64,000 nt of DNA. It comes from Eledone cirrhosa. Lineage: Eukaryota. Both the position numbers and the translations under genes were made by a program. Within the stretch, counting starts at the first letter, position 1; every line of letters begins with the position of its first letter. The DNA is taken from the NCBI GenBank assembly GCA_964016885.1, contig OZ024741.1, positions 193,006,001 through 193,070,000 of the forward strand. Reading direction: 5' to 3'. The notes under the pieces were generated by a model that was not told the DNA's origin, made no database searches, and saw nothing but the letters and a program-made list of their open reading frames with translations. Positions 26,400 to 40,651 of this stretch are shown here, piece after piece.

Positions 26400-29300
26400 T
26401 TGTTTATGTGTGTTCGTATACAGCGTGGTGATAATGCCACACAAGAGCCAAGTGGAACGGCGAATCCACAGATGGCTATGTAACCATACATTCGCCAATC
26501 CTCGATAAGAGTGTTTAAATATCGAACATAAACAGTTCGAATAACGGTGAAATGGAGGCTAGAACGTCATGTGACAGACTCTCACCCAACAGGTGCCCCC
26601 TGGCTCAGCAGCAGGAACCTGACTGTCAACCAAATACTGCTGATGTTGGAGGAAGAAGAAGAAGGAAAGGGGCCAGAACCAACTGGACGAAAGAATTGAA
26701 TAGAACTGTTATGCAATGTTACCTGAAAAGTAACTCCAAGGAGAGGGGCTACAGGAGACGGATGCATAACATCTGGAACGAGATTGGTCTATTTAAATTA
26801 GATGAACAAAAATTGGCCGGGCAGGCTCGGGTAATAAGAACTAATGGGTGGATAAGCGAGCTGGAACTGGAGGAACTGAGCAGAGAGAATGGCTTGGAGA
26901 TGGCGGGTGTAGTATGCCAGACAAGCGAGCCAGTGGGAAATGAAGGTGAAGAGGTCCTGAGAACGGAGGAACCACCCGAAGCAGACAATGATCTGAATAC
27001 TGAGATAAATAATACCTGGAACAGAGATACGGCCACTGAGGAGATGAATGCTGACGGGCTAGGACAAGATTCGGTTGACATCCTAAATTTAGTGGTAGAT
27101 GAATTGAACAATGATAGTGGGAGACCTATGAACCTAAGATTTGTAGACAGGAAAAAGTTAAAAGAAACAACAGCTAAGGTAAACAAAGTCATCCCATACC
27201 TTGAGGCGAGGAGCCTTCCCCAGTGCAACAATATCCTCAAAGCAACAGCAAATACGGTGAGGAAACTACTTGGTATAAAAGCGAGAGGAAACAACAGACA
27301 AGAAAGAGCAGAGCCTTGGTGGAAGAAACGACTGAGTGGTCAAATCGGGGAAATGAGAAATGACATAGGAAAACTTGAGTCACTACTGAATGGGACACTA
27401 AAAAACATAGGCACTAAAAATAGACTGGAAATAAAGTACAAAACTAGGAGGAAAAAGCTAAATATTATCATAGAGGAACTGAAGCAACGCATTGTAGCAA
27501 AGAGTGCCAAAATCAGGCGATACGAGAACAGAGTCAGTCAGTATAAACAGAACCGCATGTTCGACAACAACCAGAAGATGCTGTTTGGACAGCTTGAGGG
27601 GAAAGAAAGAGGCAACGACTTGATCCCTGGGGCGGAGCAAACTAAAACATTCTGGAGAGGAATATGGGAGCAGGATGTTAGACATAATGTCCAGGCAGGG
27701 TGGATTGAGACAGTACAGAGGGAGATCGGTGAGCAGGCACACCAACAAACTGATTTGAGTATCACAGTTGAAACTCTTAAGGGGCAGGCCAAAAAACTAA
27801 CCAACTGGAAATCACCAGGCCCAGATGGTGTGCAGGGGTATTGGATTAAAAATTTAACATCCCTCCCCCCGAAGCTGACGGCCATGTTCAATGACTGCTT
27901 GGTGTCGGGTGAGGTGCCAGAGTGGTTGACAAAAGGTACCACAGTTCTGATAATGAAAGACCGAATCAAGGGTAATGATGTTACCAACTATAGACCTATC
28001 ACATGTCTGTCCGTAATGTGGAAACTGTTGACGAGCATTGTGTCTGAGGAAATCTACCATCACCTCCACACAAACAACTTGTTACCGGACGAACAGAAAG
28101 GATGCCGAAAGAAGTCACGTGGTACAAAGGACCAGTTACTTATTGATAAGATGGTAATGGGGAATTGCAGGAGGAGACACACTTATCTTGCCATGGGATG
28201 GATAGACTACAGAAAGGCATTTGACATGGTGCCTCATTCTTGGATCACCAAAAGCCTGGAGATCTTCAGGGTGGCAGATAACATCAGACAGTTGCTGGGC
28301 AGGAGTATGGGGTCCTGGGAGACAGAGTTGACATCAACTGGAGTATCCTTGGGAAGCGTGAAGATCAAGAGAGGTATCTTCCAGGGAGATAGCCTGTCCC
28401 CTCTGTTGTTTGTCCTTGCCCTGATGCCCTTGACCATTATGCTGCGAAAAGTGAGAGCAGGATACAAGTTGGGAAAGGGAGAGCTTACCATCAATCACCT
28501 CCTCTTCATGGACGATCTTAAGCTCTTCGGGAAAAGTGAGAAGGAGTTGGATGTGCTTGTTGACACTGTCCGTATTTTCAGCAGTGATATATGTATGCAG
28601 TTTGGTATTAGTAAATGTGGAGTCATTGTGATGAGGAGGGGTAGGTTGAGCAGAAGTAACGGGATCCAGATACCAACAGGTGAGATGATAAAGGAAATTG
28701 ACTCTGAGGAAGGATACAAGTATTTGGGCGTTCTAGAGGCTGATGGCATAAAGAACAAAAAAGTGAAGGAATTGTTAAGAACTGAATACATTCGGAGAGT
28801 AAGGAGCGTATTGAAGTCACATCTGAACAGCAGAAATGCCATAAGCGCAGTAAATTCCCGAGCTGTGTCTATTATTAGGTACAGTGCGGGAATTCTGAGA
28901 TGGAATGTTGCTGAACAAAAAGAAATGGATAGGAAGACTAGGAAGCTATTGACTATCTACAACATGTTCCACAAGAGGAGTGATGTCGATAGACTCTACC
29001 TAAGGAGATCTGAGGGTGGAAGAGGTCTTATCAGCATAGAGGACTGTGTTCGGATGGAGAAAAACAACCTATACAAATACGTGACCTATAGTAAGGAGCC
29101 AATGCTCAGAACTGTACTGAAGGAGGGGACAGTAGGCCAGGGGATGTCCAAGGAGGAAATAACATCAAGGAGGAAGAGCAGCCTTAAGGGAAAATCCCTT
29201 CATAGTACCTTCTTTGAGAAAACTGAATTTAGAGATCCACAGACATGGAACTGGTTGAGAAGAGGAGACCTCAAAAAGGCTACAGAAGGAATGCTAATGG

Positions 29301-30050
29301 CTGCGCAGGAGCAGGCCCTCAAAACGAAGTGGTTGAAGCACCATATTTACAAGGAGGAGGCTAGCCCACTGTGCAGGATCTGTGGAGAGAGAGGGGAGAC
29401 TGTGGCTCACATTGTGTCCAAGTGTAAACACCTAGCCCAGACCCACTATAAGGGCTGGAGACACGATGTGATGGGCAGGGTGATCCACTGGCACCTGTGC
29501 AAAGTAAACAATTTACCACATTCTGAGAAATGGTATGAGCATAGGCCAGAGGCGGTGATGGAGAACAATCAGGTGAAGGTGCTGTGGGATTTTAGGATAC
29601 AGACGGACAAAAAACTGGAACACAATAGACCTGACCTGGTGGTTGTGGACAAAGAAAAAAGATCGTGACTGATTGTGGATGTGGCCTGCCCTTTCGACAC
29701 GAGAGTGCAAGAGAAGGAGAGGGAGAAAATTAACCGATACCAGGACCTAAAGTGGGAGGTGAAAAGGATTTGGAACTGCCATGAAGTCAAAGTGATCCCG
29801 ATTGTCATAGGCGCACTGGGGACTATCTCCAAAAGTTTCCAGGGATGGTTAAAGAAAATCGGCCCCTTCACGCTTTTTGGAACGCTTCAAAAGGCATGCT
29901 TGCTGGGAACAGCAGGAACCCTCCGATACGTCCTGAATATCTGAGGCTGCAGGTAGTGGCTTGATATTCATTCCAACGGACTTTCCAGTTAACCAACATC
30001 AATGACTGAGATTCAAGGAATAACAATAATAATAATAATAAAAATAATAA
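26400..30050 (+). mobile_element. R4/Dong-like RLE non-LTR retrotransposon, essentially full-length, with (TAA)n tail
   Basis: Single long ORF, short 3'UTR and an aataataat tail at ~30020-30050. The 5' boundary is approximate. Confidence 0.88.
26552..29944 (+). CDS. RT-RLE polyprotein (~1130 codons) interrupted by one in-frame TGA at 29666-29668
   Basis: N-terminal WT.E.N..VM.CY..GYR.RM..W domain typical of R4/Dong; KSPGPDG, YRPITCL, DYRKAFD, GIFQGDSLSP and FMDD RT motifs; CRIC..ETVAHIVSKC, RHD and RPD..(*)..D..K nuclease. ORF 29675-29944 is in the same frame. Confidence 0.92.
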
Positions 30051-30190
30051 TGCTTTCTTTATTAATCACAACGGTTTACACAAAGTAGACATTAAGGACA
30101 GTACAGGAAATACAGGACGGTACAAAAGGGCATTTCTGCATGTAAAAAAACAAAAAAAAACAGAGGATGTAATAGTAGAACAATGAAAAA
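30050..30190 (-). mobile_element. Very short Tx1 3' end (subfamily of 19627) in the Dong (TAA)n tail
   Basis: Matches 19627-19740, with aataataa(a)aataataat on both sides. Confidence 0.85.
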
Positions 30191-30206
30191 ATAATAAAAT
30201 AATAAT

Positions 30207-33200
30207 GCTTTCTTTATTGGCCATAAGGGCTAACATGAAGAAAAACATTAGAGACGACACAGATCAGTACAGGACGATACAAAGTGGGTTTTGGTCGTGT
30301 AAACAGGTTCTAACAAAATCGGGCTAGAAAAAAAATAAAATTCAAACAACAAAAATGTAAACAAAAAAAATTCCCCCAAAAGGGGGAAATTTCCGAAGGT
30401 CACTCGTGGCGAAAACCACACAAAAGACCACGGCCACCCTGACCACCAGGTCAAGAGCCCTCTCTCAGTTTTCCACTCCTCAGTCTACAGGCGCATACTC
30501 AGAGCGGGCCCGTTCACTCGGACCAGACTCGCCACTTTCACCCATCTTTCAACAAACTTATTAGAAGACAACACTTGCCTCTCCACCCTGATTTTCCTCT
30601 TCAAGTGAAACTTGAAAAAGTTAATCAGGGATTGGCCGGAGAGGAAAGTGTCCGTCTTCAACCCTTTCAACCTGTCCACCAAACCATCTCTTTCACCATG
30701 GCCACCAGGCAGATGAAAACTGCCTGCCCTTCCTCCTATTTAAAGGAGGATGGCGGGGCTATCTGCACAATGGACTCAGTCGTTAACGGGATCCGTCCTA
30801 CACGCCACAGCAGCTGTTCGACATAGCCCCACAAGTCAACAATCCTCGGGCAGTGAACGAGTGCATGCAGGACGGTTTCGTCGCCCTGCGCGCATCTTGC
30901 ACAGGCTCGGCTGAGAGCACCTCCGTGCCTGTAGACCTTATCCCGAACCGGCAACGCTCCCCGATAGTACTACAAGGTTAGGGATTTCCGGAAGTCGTCC
31001 ATAAGCCCCGGTCTGAAAGTTCTCTTGAAGAGAGCGAACAGCTGATTGTCTTCGATGCCCAGGGTATCCTCGAGAACGTCGTCGCTCTTTCCCTCCACTA
31101 GCTATCTATAGAACGCCGAGGTGGATGTTCCACCGATACTCGTGCTCAGCTGGTAGAAGGCGGTGAGACATTTCAGCTTCCAAGCGCTATCCCTCGGTCT
31201 TTTCCTGATCCAGGACTGCAGCTCCATCAAGGAGACGAGCTGGGGAAAAGCGCGTCTGGAAAACGGCGACCACACCTGTTCACCGTCAAGGAAGCACCAG
31301 AGATGTCGCAGACTCAGCGCATGCTTGCGCATCATCAGCCACGGCATGCCTAGTCCTCCACGCAACGGGTGTTGACAGCAAATGGATCGTCTGACCATGG
31401 GAGCACGTTCCTTCCACACAAGCAGAAGAGAAAGCGCTCCATTTTGGTCAGATTTGACGGGGGCAAGTTACGACGGTCAGGCGCTAGCAGATGACGGAGG
31501 CGATGTACCCATTCGCCACCTCAGCTCGACTTTTCAGGAATAACTTTCTCTCGGCCCATTTATGAGTGAGAGAGGTCACCCCTTTCGTCACCTCGCTCCA
31601 GCTTTTCTCCATCTGTAGGTCTGGACCAACCCAGACCCTGAGCAATTTAACCGGTCCTTACCTGAAGCCTCCCACGATGCTGTCGGACGGCATGGACTTA
31701 CCTCTCCAGGTGCCGATCTGCAAGCCCACCGACTTTTCCTGGTTTATCTTTGCTCCTGTCACCGCTTCGTATTCCTTGAGAGCGGTACCGAACATCTGGA
31801 CGTGTTTGGTGCTCGACACCACCACGGTGTCGTCGGCGCAAGCTGACAAGTATCTCCCGCTCCCCATTTCGCATGGGACCCCTCTCGTCGTCTCCAATTT
31901 CAGCAGTTACGGCTCGAAGGCCAGTACGTAGAAGAAGGACGAGAGGGCGCAACCCTGGCGGACCACGCGCATGATGCTGAAAGGCTGCGAGAGGTGACCA
32001 TTCACACTCACAGCGATCCAGCCCCTAAAAACGGGCCCGAAGCCGGCCGGCTCGAGGACCGCAGCCAGGTACCGTTGGTCGACCCTATCAAATGCTTTAG
32101 ATTGATCCAAGTTGATCAGGGCCCCATCACTGCAAGGTTCCTTAACCATCCTCTCTATGATGTATCGCATGAGATGGAGATTGTCGTGGATGGATCTGTC
32201 CGGAATGGTTCATGAATTGACCAAAATCTTAAACTCTGCGTTAAGCAGAGTTATGGGCCTGAAGTTGTCTATAAAATCTCACTTGTTCGGGTCTTTTCTC
32301 AGCAATCTACCGCTCCCCGGCTCACAAAACTTGAAATGCTCCCATTCTGCTGCCAGTTGCAGTATACATCTGCCAAAAGCTCGCTGAACAAGTCAGGCAT
32401 ATACGCATAAAGCTCATAGGGCTGACCATCCAAACCTGGCGATTTACACCTCGTGCAGTCAGACACCGCTTCCCGTATTTCAGCGCTGTTATCGGCTTTT
32501 CGCCGCACTGCGCTGCGGTCGTCGAGAGCCGCGGCAGTCCGTTAAGGTATGCACCGAAGTCCATACACTGATCCGGCCCGCCGCCGCTTCCGAACAATTG
32601 AACAAAGTGCTTTTAAAAAGCTGCACACATCTGCTCGGATCCGAGTAACATGCGCCCGTTTTGATCAGGCAAAGACCGAATTGTTGATTTGTTGACACGT
32701 TATGCCTCCACCACCCGGGCCCATTGAACGGCTTCTCGTCCCCTCGTGTCTCAGAGCACGCGCTCTAGCTCTGACAACACAGCCTTCATGCATTGCGTTG
32801 AAGAATTGGTCGAGTGCCAATCTCGCCGCAAGCACGTCGGTTGTGATGCCTGTCCTAAACGCCTCTTCTAGCTTTCTAACTAGCTCTCCCTGAACTCTAT
32901 TTTCCTTTATCACTACTCCTTTGCGAAACCTTATTGATTATACCCTAATAGCCCTTTTCAGGGTAGACAACCACCTATTTTGATGATCGCACCTGTCAAT
33001 GCACGCTTAACTAATTCGCCAATCCGGTTTCTGTAAGCTTTGCGCGCCGGGAACGACGCGTTCAGTTTCCAGTAACCGGGCCCTTGCTCATGGAGTTTAT
33101 TCAAGTTAACTTCACAGATCACAAATTTGTGGTCTGTGTAGTCGACTACTTTAAATTGTGGACAACCTACACCAGCCTTATCTGTTTCCCTACAGAATAC

Positions 33201-33790
33201 CCTATCTTAATATGATTTGCATGACCCGATGCTGTTTGGCCATGTCCACATTGGCACATTTGGATAATCCAATTGATACCTGTCAGACATTACAAAAGGT
33301 TTGAGCAGGTTATTGAGGCTTTTACACCCTCCTCTCCTGTCTACTAGTCCCACATAATACCAGCGTGCATCTCAGATACCGTTCCAGTCGCCCACTAACA
33401 CTAAAGAGCTGGACGTCCCAAGAAAGGTCTCTAGACGCCTGAAGAAATCTGGCTGTCCTTCCCCTATTGGGGCGTAGAGGGCTACTAGCCTGAAAGCATT
33501 GCCTTCACTGCCGATCACGTCCAGCACCACCGACTTACCTTCTGGATGCAGGAAGATGGCCCGTATGGCGTGATCAAAGCATCCCCGTAAAAGCACAGCA
33601 ACTCCTCCCCGCCAATCCCAGACGGCTGGGAGATGCGTATGCATCATAGCCGCCGAAGATTGGTGCGAAGTCTCGTGCTTCGGAGATTCTGGTCAGGTGA
33701 TCCTGTTTCCTAGATGATCCCAGGCCACGTATATTTACACTGCCTATTCTCAGTACGGCCATGCTGGGTGAGGAACGGGGTAAGTGAGAA
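30207..33790 (-). mobile_element. Tx1 LINE copy: complete but decayed ORF2 plus 3'UTR
   Basis: MAVLRIGSVNIRGL (~33760), endonuclease, RT and CCHC pieces, and 3' end aataaagaaagc(att)n. Confidence 0.9.
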
Positions 33791-36700
33791 AGTATTTCAG
33801 TGCTGTTATCGGCTTTCGCCGCACTGCGCTGCGGTCGTCGAGAGCCGCAGCAGTCCGTCGAGGTATGCACCGTAGTCCATACTCAGGACGGGCCCGCCAC
33901 CGCTCCCGAACAATTGAGCAATGTGCTGTTGAAAAGCCGCACACATCTGCTCGTGTTCGAGCAATATGCGCCCGTTTTTATCAGGAAAAGACCGAATTGA
34001 GGACTTGTTGCCACCTCGCGCCTCCACCACTCGGGCCCAATGGACAGCTTTTTCCCCCCTCGTATTTTAGAGCACGCGCTCTAGCTCTGACAACGCAGCC
34101 TTCATGCTTTGCCTTGAAGAATTGGTCGAGTGCCAATCTTGCCGCAAGCGCGTCGGTTGCGATACCTGTCCTAAATGCCTCTTCTAGCTTTCAAACTAGC
34201 TCTCCTTCTACACTATTTTCCTCTATCTTTACTCCTTTGCTAAACCTTATTGATTCTACTCTAATTGCCCTTTTCAGGGTAAACCACCACCTGTTGTTGA
34301 CGATCGCACCCGTCAACGCACGCTTAACTAATTCGCTTATCCGGTCTCTGTAAACTTTGCGCGCCGGGAAAGATGCGTTCAGCTTCCTGTAACCGGGTCC
34401 TTGCCTATGAAGTGTATGTAAGTCGACTTCACAGATCACAAATTTGTGGTCCGAGTTGCCGACTACTTTAAATTGTGGACAATCTACGCTAGCCTTATCT
34501 ATTTCTCTATACAATACCCTATCTAGATACGATCTGGATGACCCGATACGGTTTGGCCATGTCCACATTGGCACATTCGGATAATCCAGTCGATACCTGT
34601 CAGACAGTTAAAAAAGTCTGAGCAGATTGATGAGGCTTTTACATCCTCTCCCCTTATTTACTAGCCCCACATAATCCCAGCATGCATCTAAGATACCGTT
34701 CCTGTCACCCACTAACACTAAAGAGTGGGACATTCATAGAAAGGTCTCTAGATGTCTGAAGAAATCTGGCCATCCTAGCCCTGTTGGGGCGTAGACGGCT
34801 ACTAGCCTGAAAGCATTGCCTTCGCTGCCGGTCACGTCCAGTACCACCGACTTACCTTTTGGATCCAGGAAGATGGCCCGTATGGCGAGATCCAAGCCTC
34901 TCTGAAAAAGCATAGCAATTCCGCCCCCCGATCCCGGACGGCAGGGAGTTACGTATACATCGTAGCCGTGGAAGATCGTTGCGAGGGTCGTGCTTCTGAA
35001 ATTCTGGTCTCGCTGATGGCCACCACATCTATGTTTAGTGACCTGAGATCGTTAAGCAGGTGGCCCTGCTTCCAAGATGAGCCCAGGCCACGTACATTTA
35101 TACTGCCTATTCTAAGTAAGGCCATATTGGGTGAGGAATGGAGTAAGTGAGAAAGGATCACCTACCCTAATCGTGCGGGAAAGGGACAGTCGAACCGTCC
35201 CTTTGGATGGTCATAGGTGTCTCCAAGATGATGTCGGTGTATATCCTCTTGGTAACCGACCCTCCGAAGTCTCCAACTGCGTTGGGGAATTTTTCTTTTA
35301 AATGTTTATATTGTTCTATTTTAATTTCAATAACGTTTACATTTTTCGGGAAAGTTCTTGGTGTTGGCGGGGTGTAGTAATGTTTGTCTGTAATGTCTGT
35401 GTGCGGCTTTATATGTTGTAAGTGCTCTTTATTTGCCATGTTTACGGCGGTGTAATGTTTTTTTTGCGGGGGGGGGGCTTCTTGTGTTGCTGTTGGGTAT
35501 GTTTGTCTTGTGTTTGCGATGTTGATGTTTGTGGTGGTTGTTGGTGGTGATGATGCGTGGCTGCGAATCGCCTTGCAGCCTTTACCCTTCTTTGTTTGCC
35601 TTTGCTTTTGGAGGGTGAAACTAAGGGGTTCTTTCTTTTTTTTTTTTTTGGCAGACCGTTTGCCACTTCACTCCCGCCTCAGACTCCATGTCTGATTACG
35701 TGGCGTCTGGGAGGGGTATGTGCTCCACGGCTGTTGATGTTGGTAGTGGAGCCCTCTCCGGCGATTTCGTTGCTGGTGCGGCTACTGCAAATGTAGCTAC
35801 TGGTGTTGCCGTCACTGCTACTGCTGTTTTAGTTGTCCGTGGCCTTGGTATGGGTGTCACGGACGTTGCCCTCCTATTCACGGTGGAAGGGTCTTCTGCC
35901 TGTGTTGCCGGCCCTGCTCTTCGTAGCAGCGGACCAGGCATTGGAAAGAGCGGGGCCTTCTTCTTCGCTGTCTTCTGCGGGCAAAAGGCCCTTAGGTGAC
36001 CCTTTGACCCACAGAGATAGCATTTTGAACGCTCTCCTTCCACCCTTATAGGGAGTTGGAGTCCTTCCTCGAATTCTATGATATCGGGGATAACCTCGAT
36101 GCACTCCTGGTCAGTTTGTATTAGCATTTGCATGCCTATACCTGACCAGTTCTCTCTCCCTATTTTCTCTGCTTGTAGCATGCTCATCCTGTCCTCTATT
36201 CCAGCAAGGACAGACGCAGCCAGCCAAGGAAGGGCCCGTCGGGCGGGACCTGGGTCACTTTGACCCTCACAATTTTCTGCCCACAGTAGGAGGGCACCAA
36301 AACTATCACTTTAGGGTTAACAAAGAGTGGTGGCAAAAAGTACGTCTACTGTGGTATAATTTTTTCCTCGGGTGATGTGGGTTTTGCGCGCCCAGACGCA
36401 CCCCGAGGCCTTTTGGATTTGAGCCTCCATGGCTTCCTCCACTCAATGTGATATTTTGTTTACAGTGCGGTAATTGCCGTCCGTAACTGCTGGTCCTTGC
36501 AAAAATCAGGTAGAAGCGTCAGGGAGACTCGATTGGAATTTCTTGTCACGATTCCCCTTGCAACTGCCATCTCCTCTTCCGTGACTAGCACTGTTTCGAT
36601 ATTTCGGGCCACACCTGCAAAAGAAGTGCCCCCTTTTCAGCGGCACCACTATTGCTGGCGCTACTGCTGCCACTGGTCTTGCTGGTGGTGCTGAGATCGC

Positions 36701-36990
36701 TGTTACAGGTATCGATGTCATTTTTGTTTTCGTTGGTTCTTTTGTTGCTGTTGTTGTTGTTGTTTTCGTTGATACTGTTGCTGCTGTCACTGTTGTTGTG
36801 GCCGTTGTTATTTTTGTTTTTATTGATACTGTTCCCACTGTTACTGTTGTTGTGGTTGTTGTTATTGTCATTGTTATTGTCTTTCTCGACCTTACCGCTG
36901 TTATTTTTTTGTTGCTGTTGTTATTGATGGTGTTGTTGTTGGTGTTAGTAATATTTGGTAATTTTAAATCTGTAACAATATAGTTAAAAA
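33790..36990 (-). mobile_element. Tx1 LINE 5' half (ORF1 plus endonuclease domain), fused in tandem to the previous copy
   Basis: ORF1 with CYLCGSKGHLRAFC. ORF2 start MALLRIGSINVRGL at 35125. The endonuclease region repeats ~32480-33790. Confidence 0.88.
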
Positions 36991-37169
36991 TGATAATGTT
37001 CCTCTTTTCCTTCGTAATATTTTCTTTTATATTCACCTTCGCTGGAACTCTGTCTTGTTGACAAGTTGACAAAGTCTCCCTCTCTCTGAGTTGTCTGACA
37101 GCACTCTCTCTCTCTCTTTCTTGTGTTATCCATAATTGAACGAAATTTTTTTTTCAAACATTTTTTACA

Positions 37170-37816
37170 TAATACGACACCCCATAAAGGGATGTAAACA
37201 ATATAAATAACAATAACAAAATAATAAAAATACAGCAAGGAAAATTCCCCAATAGAGGGGATGACCAGCCAGGGTTCACTCAGGTACCCCACCAATCTTG
37301 AACGACCCTACGCTTTGACAGCACCCGGGAAGGGCACCCCTCTCCTCCTCAAATTCACCGACCTACAAGCGCATGATCAGAGTAGGCCCACTCACGCGGG
37401 GCATTCTCGCCACATTCACCCACCTTTCAGCAAATGTACTGGAGGGCAGCACTCTCTTTGCCAACACCTTGACCAAAATCTTAAACTCTGTGTTGAGCAG
37501 AGTTATGGGCATGAAGTAGTCTCTTGTTCTCGTCTTTCCTTATCAGCGTCACCACTCCCCTGCTCACAGAACTGGGGATACTCCCGTTCTTCTGCAAGTT
37601 GCAGTAGAGCGCTTCGAGGAGATCGGAGAACTAGTCTGGCATATTTACGTAAAACTCGTAGGGCAGGCCATCCAAACCGGGTGACTTGCGCCTCATGCAG
37701 CCGACAAGGCGACCGTTTTAACAAATGGGCAGCCTACACTATTTCTATCTCTTTTCCTAATGAAGATCCTGTCTATATACCATCTAGATGACCCTATGCG
37801 GTTTGTACAGGTCCAT
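37170..37816 (-). mobile_element. Internally deleted Tx1 relic (pieces of 3'UTR, RT and endonuclease) next to (AAT)n
   Basis: Patches match 19760, 21670-21920 and 22610-22690. Confidence 0.75.
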
Positions 37817-38465
37817 AATAATAATAATAATGATGATGATGATAAGAAAACTACAGTAACAGCAATGAACGTAGTATTCAATGCAATTGTAATCTGAGAT
37901 GCTATTTTATAGAGAGTGGTCTCCTGCGTCGTTAGTAGAATAAAGTAATTAATTTTGCTTTGTACAATAATAAGATTAGAGATCTTAAAGAAGTTTCTGA
38001 GGTTAACGGATCAACGTAAAGCATACTAATCCGTTAATAAATTCAGTCTTGCACGTAAATCTTTCCCTGGATTATATCTACAGACGAGACAGATTAAAGC
38101 TGCTTGGACATCATTTAAAACGAATTTACAATAGCTTACATAGAAACATCCTGGCTTTCTCTGATTGCGTCGAGTAGGAGAGGGCAAGGAATAACGTGAT
38201 AATTGTATTGCCCATCGTAAACAATTGGAAAACCACTATACAATTGGAAAATTCCATGTTCAATTCCCGTTAAAGGTAGTTTTAATTAGTCTACTTAATG
38301 CCAATGAAAACAACTTCATAATATTAGACTTTCTATCTATTTAACGTCTGTTGGCATAAGACGTCGATTTATCATCCCATGTGTATCCCTAATTAAAAAT
38401 ATTGTATTATATTGATTCTACTCATTATGTGTGTGTATATATAATATATATATATATACATATAT

Positions 38466-39860
<1,395 letters not shown>

Positions 39861-39875
39861 ATATATATATATATA

Positions 39876-40651
39876 CAATTAAGTTAAAAATGTACATCCA
39901 TATATGTATACTGAAATACTAGTATGCATATGAATACACACACGTATACATATATAGATGTACCAAGTCTTTCACTGGTTACTTTACTGTGAGTATCCAG
40001 CTATTCTGTATGTAAACACACAGACAAACCGGTTTTTAGAGTCATACTGGTTTTTGAGGAAACACCTTTCCTCTATTCTACAGAAAGCCAGACAAGGAAT
40101 ATTGAACTAGTTTCGTTGTTGTTACAACTCATCAGCAATATTTACCTATCTACCGGCCTTTCTGGAGAATCGTAAAAGCACATATCGTTATATGCTTTTT
40201 CTATGAAAATTAGTAGTGGGCAGACTAATTTGCATAGAGTGTGAGTACGTACCGGTTCAACGGAGACGATAAAAACAAATAACGAAACGAAATTAAATTT
40301 CGTTTCGTTTGTAACTCACTTTTGTATGACTGACGCTTAAACAATTAAGTTAAAAATGTACATCCATATATGTATACTGAAATACTAGTATGCATATGAA
40401 TACACACACGTATACATATATAGATGTACCAAGTCTTTCACTGGTTACTTTACTGTGAGTATCCAGCTATACTATATGTAAACACACAGACAAACCGGTT
40501 TTTAGAGTCATACTGGTTTTTGAGGAAACACCTTTCCTCTATTCTCCAGAAAGTGAGTTACAAACGAAACGAAATTTAATTTCGTTTCGTTATTTGTTTT
40601 TATCGTCTCCGTTGAACCGGTACGTACTCACACTCTATGCAAATTAGTCTG
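39876..40651 (-). mobile_element. Rearranged PLE pseudo-LTR pair (direct repeat 39876-40087/40341-40552; inverted repeat 40220-40322/40550-40651)
   Basis: Direct sequence comparison. Contains a hammerhead. Confidence 0.8.
40098..40142 (-). ncRNA. Minimal type I hammerhead ribozyme (GUU site)
   Basis: aatattg CTGATGA gttg-taacaa-caac GAA ACTAGT T caatatt. Palindromic stem III. Confidence 0.88.
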
